Part shown: in pieces, positions 7,386 through 13,848 of the stretch
Numbering within the stretch: the stretch's first letter is position 1
How the letters are laid out: every line of letters begins with the position of its first letter
Assembly (NCBI GenBank): GCA_016840465.1
Contig: JAEOSH010000053.1
Location: 1-13,875 of the forward strand
Source of the DNA: Candidatus Baldrarchaeum yapensis
GTDB lineage: Archaea > Asgardarchaeota > Baldrarchaeia > Baldrarchaeales > Baldrarchaeaceae
Length of the DNA stretch: 13,875 nucleotides
Direction of reading: 5' to 3'
The notes under the pieces: model-generated
Databases searched by the model: none
What the model saw: only the letters and a program-made list of their open reading frames with translations
What the model was told of the DNA's origin: nothing
Position numbers and translations under genes: made by a program

Positions 7386-8288
7386 CTAGATTGTGGGCAG
7401 TATCCTGTCCATGATAATAGATCCTATCCTCACCATCTCTTTGGACGCTGGCGAGTTGGGGGAGAACTCGGGCAAGGGAGACGCGTATGCTATTGATCTT
7501 GGAACATCGTCGTCCAGCGGTATTTCTCCTAACAGTTCTATGCCGTTCTCCTTAGAAAACTCGATGAGTTTCTCCCTAAATTTGGGTTCCAAGTCGCATT
7601 TGTTGATTATAAGCCCCGCCGGTATGCCAAAGTGACTGACTACCGCATATATTCTGCTCAGGTCGTGGATAGCAGTAGGCGTTGGTTCCGATACCAGAAT
7701 CACATAATTGGACCCCGCAACCGCCGCTATTGCCGGACAACTCGATCCCGGCGGACCATCTATCAATATGACATTCAATCCCTCCTTAACGGCGATGGAT
7801 CGCGCCTTCATCTTCACAAGAGAAACTATTCTCCCGCTATTGGCACCTCCCACCTTCAGCCTTCCAGTAACGACAAGAAAGCCGTATTTGCTCCTGATGA
7901 CCTCTACGTACGCGTTCTCAACGAGTTTCATCTGAATGGCGCCGACCTCGCAGATGGCCGCACATGCCCCACATCCCTCGCACAGGAAGTCTATGACGAC
8001 TGGTCTATTGTTCTCCGAATCCCAGGCAAGAGCGTCCTCCTTGCAGTACTTGACGCACTCCCCACACCCGTTGCACAGATCATAATTAACTTCGGCAATC
8101 TCAGCCGCCTGTACAGGGTTTGATTCCAGCTTTTCTCCCTCGAGAACCAGTGCCAAATTGGGAGCATCAACATCCGTATCCGCGGATATGAACCTTACCC
8201 CGTTTTTGGAGAAAAGATACGCGAGTGACGCCGTTATCGTGGTCTTACCAACCCCACCCTTCCCGCTTACGACGACTATCTCCTTCAT
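7386..8288 (-). CDS. MinD/ParA-superfamily ATPase with inserted 2x[4Fe-4S] ferredoxin domain (COG1149-like), paralog 2, 300 aa
   Basis: Deviant Walker A SGKGGVGKTT, DTDVDAPNL, ferredoxin motifs CNGCGECVKYC and CEGCGACAAIC, DGPPGSSCP, VSEPTP. ATGA overlap with the upstream paralog. Confidence 0.92.
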   Translation of the reverse strand: MKEIVVVSGKGGVGKTTITASLAYLFSKNGVRFISADTDVDAPNLALVLEGEKLESNPVQAAEIAEVNYDLCNGCGECVKYCKEDALAWDSENNRPVVIDFLCEGCGACAAICEVGAIQMKLVENAYVEVIRSKYGFLVVTGRLKVGGANSGRIVSLVKMKARSIAVKEGLNVILIDGPPGSSCPAIAAVAGSNYVILVSEPTPTAIHDLSRIYAVVSHFGIPAGLIINKCDLEPKFREKLIEFSKENGIELLGEIPLDDDVPRSIAYASPLPEFSPNSPASKEMVRIGSIIMDRILPTI

Positions 8289-9214
8289 AGGTTAAGCAAC
8301 CCCCGTACGGTTTCTCCAAGCCTTACTAGTGCCCTAACCCCAGGAGTATCCACATTTCTGAGAACTGCCGGATATCCCTTAACGTAACTGTACAGGATCT
8401 CCCTGTCAAGCGGAATCTCGGCAATAACCTCACTATCATATTTTTCACAAATCTCACGAACCTTGGCTCCACCGTTTTCTAAAATGTCCGACCTGTTTAT
8501 CACGACCTTCGTTTTAACACCCAGCATCCTCGTGAGTTCCAAGATGAGCCCTAGATCATGCATCCCGAAAGGTGTCGGCTCGGTGACCGCAATTGCAACA
8601 TCCGACCCCCATATTGACCTTATGACGTCACAATGCGTTCCCGGCGCGGTATCTACGATCATGACATCGTAATTTCCATCTTTCAGAACCTCGTACGCTC
8701 TGTCTTTAGTTGCCTTCACCACAACGGCCGAATTCGGCTCCCCTTCTTTCAGCTCCCCAGAAACTATGTCCACGCCGTACGCGCTCCCCGTATAGGTCCA
8801 CCCCACAACCTTCCTCTCCTCCTTGATCGCTCCCGCTGGACAAACAACCTTGCATATTTCGCAACTTTTGCACAAGCTTGCGAAGAAAATAGGCGGCTTG
8901 TCTCCCACCTGCAGGATCGCGTGGGCCCTACAAACACTTACGCACTTTCCGCACCTTACACAAGCCTTCTCGTCGAACGACGGGAGAAAGGATGTCACTT
9001 CTCTCTTTTCCGAGAGAGTTGTGTTCATCAGAATTGCGACGTTGGGGGCACTTACATCGCAGTCTACGATCAGTACCTTCAGACCTTCTCTTGCAAAGTA
9101 CGCGGCGAGATTCACCGCAACCGTGGACTTGCCAGTTCCTCCCTTTCCACCAGTGACACAAACTACCGGAACATCAATATCCTTACTTGCCGCTCCAATG
9201 TGCGTCATGCTCAT
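8285..9214 (-). CDS. MinD/ParA-superfamily ATPase with inserted 2x[4Fe-4S] ferredoxin domain (COG1149-like), paralog 1, about 309 aa
   Basis: TGGKGGTGKST, DCDVSAPN, CVRCGKCVSVC and CKSCEICKVVC, DTAPGTHC, VTEPTPFGMHDL. The ATG abuts the upstream TAG; an alternative ATG is at 9208. Confidence 0.92.
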   Translation of the reverse strand: MSMTHIGAASKDIDVPVVCVTGGKGGTGKSTVAVNLAAYFAREGLKVLIVDCDVSAPNVAILMNTTLSEKREVTSFLPSFDEKACVRCGKCVSVCRAHAILQVGDKPPIFFASLCKSCEICKVVCPAGAIKEERKVVGWTYTGSAYGVDIVSGELKEGEPNSAVVVKATKDRAYEVLKDGNYDVMIVDTAPGTHCDVIRSIWGSDVAIAVTEPTPFGMHDLGLILELTRMLGVKTKVVINRSDILENGGAKVREICEKYDSEVIAEIPLDREILYSYVKGYPAVLRNVDTPGVRALVRLGETVRGLLNL

Positions 9215-9700
9215 CTACCAGTTTCCTGATTGTCCGCCTCCCCATCTGCGCCCTCTTCCGCGTCCCCAGCCCCAGCCACCGCCTCTGCCCATTCCACGCC
9301 CCATTCCCATACCCATGCCCATTCCCATGCCCATACCCGGCCTTGTGGGCGCCGTTATTTGTTGCAACTCGCCGGACAGGTACATCCTTATGACATCCCC
9401 GACCGTTCTGCCAATAACCCCCATATACACTCGGACACCATACTGCTGAAGCGCCATGAAAGCATTTGGGCCTATGTTGCCTGTTATTACAGCGTTTACC
9501 CCCAAACTCAGCACTAGTTGAGCCGCCTCTATTCCCGCACCGCGGGGCGCCGCCATGGCCGTGTTCTGAACTGCTCTGACATCGGTTATTTGGTCCCCGT
9601 CGAGAGTGACCACTATGAAGTACGGGCACCTTCCAAACCTCATATCTACCATTGCATTCAGCCCATCAGGGGACATAGCGCTCACGGCAACCTTCTCCAT
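9215..9700 (-). CDS. NifB/NifX-domain (COG1433; IssA/orange-protein-like) protein with a 40-aa Gly/Met/Arg/Trp tail, 161 aa
   Basis: MEKVAVSA...FGRCPYF...GAGIEAAQ...GNIGPNAF...YLSGEL core. GGGGTGAG RBS before ATG 9700 (the track start at 9736 lies inside the upstream gene). Tail (GM)6GRGMGRGGGWGWGRGRGRRWGGGQSGNW. Confidence 0.9.
   Translation of the reverse strand: MEKVAVSAMSPDGLNAMVDMRFGRCPYFIVVTLDGDQITDVRAVQNTAMAAPRGAGIEAAQLVLSLGVNAVITGNIGPNAFMALQQYGVRVYMGVIGRTVGDVIRMYLSGELQQITAPTRPGMGMGMGMGMGMGRGMGRGGGWGWGRGRGRRWGGGQSGNW
9300..9335 (-). repeat. Six hexamer units encoding (Gly-Met)6
   Basis: Plus strand reads CCCATT CCCATA CCCATG CCCATT CCCATG CCCATA. The variable base is the Gly third codon position. 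Confidence 0.9.
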
Positions 9701-9710
9701 GTGCTCACCC

Positions 9711-10310
9711 CTAATACTCCTCCTCTTCCTCCTCACCCTTCAACTCCTTCAATCTCTTATTTATCCACTCAAGCTGTTGCTTCAGGAACTTCCTTCGCTC
9801 CTCGAGCATTCTTATTTCGGCATCTCTCGAAAGCGATGGCATGGAGGGTTGCATTGGCTGTTGCACAGGCTGCGGAGGCTGCTGCATTTGCATCTGCATC
9901 CTCCAGAACATTCCAGGCTTCATCATCATTCCAGCATGCATGGGAGCCGTGGGTGCGGTCACCGTGCTTAGTTCCCCTCTCAGGTATCGCTGTACGGCTT
10001 CACGCACACTTACACCCATGACTCCCGCTATTACCTTTATGCCGAGCGAACTTAGCGCGGTGAACGCATTCGGGCCAAAGTTTCCCGCTATCACAACGTT
10101 AGCGCCCAGACTTCCGATGAACTGTGCGGCCTGTATACCCGCGCCCATCGGTGCCATCATTGCTGGGTTCTGATGCACACTTACGTTAACGATTTTACCA
10201 TCTTCTACATCGACTACTGTGAATGCGGGGCACCTTCCAAACACAGGAGAAACCATGTCGTCGAGGCCGCCTCGGCTCTGTGAGGCAATTACTATCCTCT
10301 CACGAGGCAT
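9711..10310 (-). CDS. NifB/NifX-domain protein with Met/Gln/Pro-rich linker and C-terminal DUF5320-like coiled coil, 199 aa
   Basis: ERIVIAS...FGRCPAF...GAGIQAAQ...GNFGPNAF...YLRGEL core, linker MQMQMQQPPQPVQQPMQP, and EIRMLEERRKFLKQQLEWINKRLKEL. AGGTGG RBS before ATG 10310 (track start GTG 10319). Confidence 0.88.
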   Translation of the reverse strand: MPRERIVIASQSRGGLDDMVSPVFGRCPAFTVVDVEDGKIVNVSVHQNPAMMAPMGAGIQAAQFIGSLGANVVIAGNFGPNAFTALSSLGIKVIAGVMGVSVREAVQRYLRGELSTVTAPTAPMHAGMMMKPGMFWRMQMQMQQPPQPVQQPMQPSMPSLSRDAEIRMLEERRKFLKQQLEWINKRLKELKGEEEEEEY

Positions 10311-10324
10311 GTTTACCACCTGCG

Positions 10325-10681
10325 CTAGAATCCTCCCTTCAGTTCCTTCAATCTCCTCTCAATCTCCTTTAACTCCCTCTCCAAGAGTTTCTTTTGTTCC
10401 TCGAGGAACTTCTTCTCGTCTTCAACACTGGGTGCCATCATGGGAGCGAATGGCGTGGTTGGTATGCCCCACCATGCCCATTGCGCGGCGGGGTAGCCGA
10501 ATAACTGCCATGCATGTACAATTTGCCCGGATGGTGTCATGTAGTAGGCATTCGGACCGAATCCGCACCTACATGGGCCTATGTAAACGTACCCCCTGCT
10601 TGCCATTGCAGCGATGGCGGGTGACCACCACCACATCCAGCGCCAGCCCCATCCTCGACCACGGCCCCACCACCAGGGCAC
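10325..10681 (-). CDS. Trp/Gly/Arg-rich protein with CxC motif and C-terminal coiled coil (DUF5320-like), about 118 aa
   Basis: MPWWWGRGRGWGWRWMWWW...YIGPCRCGFGPNAYY...EKKFLEEQKKLLERELKEIERRLKEL. GAGGTGA RBS 5 nt before GTG 10681 (alternative ATG 10687). First gene of the operon. Confidence 0.8.
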   Translation of the reverse strand: MPWWWGRGRGWGWRWMWWWSPAIAAMASRGYVYIGPCRCGFGPNAYYMTPSGQIVHAWQLFGYPAAQWAWWGIPTTPFAPMMAPSVEDEKKFLEEQKKLLERELKEIERRLKELKGGF

Positions 10682-10701
10682 GTCCATCACCTCGGTAAAT
10701 T

Positions 10702-10717
10702 TTGTGCATTTGCACAA
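10702..10717. promoter_or_regulatory. Perfect 7-2-7 inverted repeat, candidate operator of the minus-strand operon
   Basis: TTGTGCA-TT-TGCACAA, lying between the putative TATA box and the RBS. Confidence 0.6.
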
Positions 10718-10735
10718 TAACCTACCCCATCCACC

Positions 10736-10750
10736 AATTTATCTTTTGCG
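10736..10750 (-). promoter_or_regulatory. Putative BRE/TATA of the minus-strand operon
   Basis: The minus strand reads CGCAAAAG-ATAAATT, about 55 nt upstream of GTG 10681. The same CGCAAAAG octamer precedes the nik TATA box. Confidence 0.5.
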
Positions 10751-11015
10751 ATTCGGCAGACATCCCGGCATCCCTCCAGACCATCACGACCAAGTAGATG
10801 CCGTGCAAATTTCACGTGCCAGTAATACGGCAAAATCGCTTCGCTTCAAATCGCGCCGAGATGAAGGTGGAAAGATATTGCCAATAGCTTGGCAAAGATT
10901 CGCGTGATCCGCTCGAATAATTATCCATATACGCCTAATAATGCCATGAAGTAAGCATCCCGGTCTGAGGAGTTTTCCCCAACTCCCCTCCCCAGCTACA
11001 ACTCCCAAGTGAGCC

Positions 11016-11032
11016 CGCAAAAGGTTTATATT
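11016..11032 (+). promoter_or_regulatory. BRE/TATA promoter of nikMNQO
   Basis: CGCAAAAGG followed by TTTATATT, 50 nt upstream of ATG 11082. Confidence 0.75.
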
Positions 11033-11039
11033 ACGATCA

Positions 11040-11071
11040 TGGTAACACTTTCATCAAAAATTGTGTTACCA
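11040..11071. promoter_or_regulatory. NikR-type operator
   Basis: TGGTAACAC-N14-GTGTTACCA with perfect 9-bp arms. The core GTAACA-N16-TGTTAC has the 6-16-6 geometry of the E. coli NikR site GTATGA-N16-TCATAC and lies between the TATA box and the RBS. Confidence 0.75.
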
Positions 11072-11081
11072 GGTGGACCTC

Positions 11082-11729
11082 ATGCACATCCCCGACGGGT
11101 ACCTCGACGCCTGGGTCCTAGTACTGTTCTTCGTGCTGACCGCCATAATGTGGATACTTGCCTTTAAGAGGGCAAACTCCGTAATGGAGGAAAGACATAT
11201 TCCCCTATTCGCAGTACTAACGGCTGCGGTGTTTGCAGCCCAGATGATAAACTGGCCGGTCGGACCGGGCGGAACAACTGCACATCTAGTGGGTGGAGCC
11301 CTACTTGCGATATTCCTCGGGCCCTTCGGCGGGCTTATTGCGATGACGGTGATACTGGTCATACAGGCGTTCTTCTTCGGAGATGGGGGAATAACAGCGC
11401 TTGGGGCAAACGTCTGGAACATGGGCGTGGTGGACTGCTTCGTCGGATACTACCTCTTCAAAATTATAAGCAAGTCTCTGGGAGATACCCCCCGTGCGAA
11501 GACCATTGGAGCGTTCGTCGGCGGGTGGATCGGGATAACGCTGGCGGCTTTCTTCTGCGGCCTCCAAATAGGGATATCAACAGTTTTCCCCTACGAGATC
11601 TCGGTTTCGATACCAGTGATGACACTGTACCACTGCCTGCTCGGGCTCATCGAGGGTCTCATCACGGCGCTCGTGATAACATACGTCCTTAAAGTCCGAC
11701 CCGACCTTCTCGAACTCCCCAAGATATAG
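11082..11729 (+). CDS. nikM: ECF-type Ni/Co transporter substrate-binding (S) component, NikM/CbiM family, 215 aa
   Basis: N-terminus MHIPDGYL (His2 metal ligand), TTAHLVGG, ALGANVWNMG, YHCLLGLIEGLIT. AGGTGG RBS at 11071-11076, so the start is moved from 11061 to 11082. Confidence 0.93.
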   Translation: MHIPDGYLDAWVLVLFFVLTAIMWILAFKRANSVMEERHIPLFAVLTAAVFAAQMINWPVGPGGTTAHLVGGALLAIFLGPFGGLIAMTVILVIQAFFFGDGGITALGANVWNMGVVDCFVGYYLFKIISKSLGDTPRAKTIGAFVGGWIGITLAAFFCGLQIGISTVFPYEISVSIPVMTLYHCLLGLIEGLITALVITYVLKVRPDLLELPKI

Positions 11730-11732
11730 GGG

Positions 11733-12041
11733 GTGGTGAAAATTAGCGACGTGTTTGTGACACTTAAGCAACGGTGGGTGATTGCAGTAATAGTGGTCTC
11801 GATAGTGCTGGTGTTGCTGAGCCCCCTCTTTGCATATGCCTATGAGCCTCTGGACGTGGTTGCGGAGAAATACGGCGCCGAGGAAAGCGCAATTTTTGAA
11901 GCCCCCATGCCTGACTACATACTGCCGCCTTTAGGGGAAACAGAAATCAGCGGAATCCTTGCCGGCCTGATAGGTGTGTTCATAGTACTGGCGGTGTCTC
12001 TGGCGCTTGGATACGCATTGGTGCGTCCCCGCAAACAATAA
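11733..12041 (+). CDS. nikN: NikN-like / PDGLE-domain small membrane component, about 102 aa
   Basis: Two hydrophobic helices flanking EPLDVVAE...FEAPMPDY, located between nikM and nikQ. The exact GTG start is uncertain. Confidence 0.8.
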   Translation: MVKISDVFVTLKQRWVIAVIVVSIVLVLLSPLFAYAYEPLDVVAEKYGAEESAIFEAPMPDYILPPLGETEISGILAGLIGVFIVLAVSLALGYALVRPRKQ

Positions 12042-12068
12042 TTCCTTATTTTTGATTTGGTGATGGCC

Positions 12069-12926
12069 ATGGGGCTCAGAAGAATGGTGCACCTCTCAGT
12101 CAGAGAGGTTCTGCAGAAGTTCAGAGATGTCATGTTCCAAGACAGAATCGCCCGGCGGGAGGGACTCCTACAGAGCATAGATCCACGAGCAAAGATAGTT
12201 GTGATAGTCGCACTGATCTTCACGGCCGTGTTCCTAAAAAAGATAGTGACGCTGGTGGCGATTCTCTTCCTCGCCGTCCTCCTCGCCATGCTTTCGAAAA
12301 TAAGTCTGAGATTCTTTCTCCTCCGCACCTTCGTTTTCATCCCGCTGTTCAGCGCGGTAATCGCAATCCCACTTCCCTTCATTGTCGGGGGAGAAACTAT
12401 CACGTCCATTGCCCTAGGCGGGATTCTGATAAGGGTCTCACGAGAGGGCCTCCTGCAAATGGTGCAATTCATTCTTAGAGTGTGGGTCTGCGTGTCACTT
12501 TCGGTGCTCCTAGTACTAACGACCACATGGCCCAAACTCATGCATGCGTTGGCGAGAATGCGAGTGCCGCGGGTGTTCGTGCTAATCGCAGATATGACAT
12601 ACCGCTATCTTTTTTACTTTGCCGATATGCTTTACAAAATGCTCCTAGCTAGGGAGAGCAGACTGACCGGGCCTATCGGAATGATGGACACCATGAAGAC
12701 CGGGGCATCCGCCGTGGGAGCGCTACTGGTCAGGGCATACGAGCACGGGGAGAGAGTTTACCTTGCGATGAAGTCGAGGGGCTTTTGCGGAAGCATAGAG
12801 ATATTGGATAACCTGACCCTCAGACCCCGAGACATAACGTTTATGATACTCCTCATACTTTCGATTATCCCGTTAATACTCGTGGAGGTCCACGCGCTAC
12901 CCCTGCCCTCCCATCTCCTGATATAG
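12069..12926 (+). CDS. nikQ: ECF transporter transmembrane (T) component NikQ/CbiQ, about 285 aa
   Basis: LQSIDPRAKI, MTYRYLFYF, ARESR and RAYEHGERVYLAMKSRGF motifs. GGTGA RBS favours ATG 12069 (alternatives 12057, 12063, 12084). Confidence 0.92.
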   Translation: MGLRRMVHLSVREVLQKFRDVMFQDRIARREGLLQSIDPRAKIVVIVALIFTAVFLKKIVTLVAILFLAVLLAMLSKISLRFFLLRTFVFIPLFSAVIAIPLPFIVGGETITSIALGGILIRVSREGLLQMVQFILRVWVCVSLSVLLVLTTTWPKLMHALARMRVPRVFVLIADMTYRYLFYFADMLYKMLLARESRLTGPIGMMDTMKTGASAVGALLVRAYEHGERVYLAMKSRGFCGSIEILDNLTLRPRDITFMILLILSIIPLILVEVHALPLPSHLLI

Positions 12927-12936
12927 GTGAAAACGC

Positions 12937-13848
12937 TTGCGCTCGACGCTCTTCGAACTCAGGGGCGTGTCCTACACGTATACCAACGGGACCGTGGCGC
13001 TGGAGAACGTCACATTCAAGATCTTTGAGGGGGAAAATGTAGCGATCCTCGGGCCGAACGGCGGGGGGAAGTCAACCCTACTCATGATAATGGACGGGCT
13101 CTTGGAACCCACCGAGGGAGAGGTCTACTTCAGGGGGCGCAAAGTGGACCCCAAGGACGAAAAGTTCATGTTCGAAATGCGGAAGCGGGTGGGTATGGTC
13201 TTTCAGGATCCGGACGTTGCCCTCTTTTCTTCCACGGTATGGGAGGACATAATCTTCGGTCCCCTCCACATGAGGCTCCCAAGGGAGGAGGTCATAAGAA
13301 GGGGGGAGTGGGCCCTCCGCACCTTGGGAATAGAGCACCTCAAAGATAGGCCCCCGTTCCAGCTCAGTGAGGGGGAAAAGAAAAAGGCGGCGATCGCATC
13401 CGTTCTCTCGATAGACCCTGAGGTTTTATTGCTGGACGAGCCCTTCATAAACTTGGATCTGAGATCTCAGGAACGGTTGCTGGCGCTGCTGAGGGAAATG
13501 TCGAGGAGCGGCAAGACACTCATACTCGCAACACATGACGTGAACATCGTGCCGCTTCTCGCCGACCGCGTCATTCTGCTCAATAAAACTGTCATAGCTG
13601 ATGGCTCGGTTCGCGAAATATTTTCTAGACCCGAGTTGCTGAAGTCCGCAAACATAAGACCGCCTTTAGTTGCAGTGCTCTTCACAGAGTTGATGAAAAG
13701 AAATTTGGTGGGGGACGGAGTAAGGGTTCCGCTGACTGTGGAGGAGGCCGTCTCTGCTATAGTTAAGATGTTCGACTCAAAGGATAAGATAACCAAACGC
13801 TCCTCCCCGGGGCGGTTTTCAGGACTGCAGGATGATTCTGAACACTGA
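12937..13848 (+). CDS. nikO: ECF transporter ATPase NikO/CbiO, 303 aa
   Basis: Walker A GPNGGGKST, Q-loop VFQDPD, signature LSEGEKKK, Walker B LLLDEP, H-loop ATHD. AGGTGA RBS before the TTG start. Confidence 0.95.
   Translation: MRSTLFELRGVSYTYTNGTVALENVTFKIFEGENVAILGPNGGGKSTLLMIMDGLLEPTEGEVYFRGRKVDPKDEKFMFEMRKRVGMVFQDPDVALFSSTVWEDIIFGPLHMRLPREEVIRRGEWALRTLGIEHLKDRPPFQLSEGEKKKAAIASVLSIDPEVLLLDEPFINLDLRSQERLLALLREMSRSGKTLILATHDVNIVPLLADRVILLNKTVIADGSVREIFSRPELLKSANIRPPLVAVLFTELMKRNLVGDGVRVPLTVEEAVSAIVKMFDSKDKITKRSSPGRFSGLQDDSEH

Noticed and set aside
7386-9214. Calling the ATPases cobyrinate diamide synthase (cbiA), minD or nifH
   Set aside because: No glutamine amidotransferase domain, an inserted 2x[4Fe-4S] domain is present, and there are no cob, division or nif structural genes nearby.
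9215-10310. Nitrogen fixation inferred from NifB/NifX domains
   Set aside because: There is no nifHDK/nifEN and no radical-SAM NifB domain. COG1433 domains are common in non-diazotrophic anaerobes.
10784-11020. 78-aa minus-strand ORF (and 10614-10907 plus-strand ORF) in the intergenic region
   Set aside because: No RBS or motif, and they overlap promoter elements.
10718-11060. SurR box (GTTnnnAAC) or cobalamin riboswitch in the divergent intergenic region
   Set aside because: A manual scan found no GTTnnnAAC and no B12-box-like sequence, and the nik leader is too short (about 30 nt) for a riboswitch.
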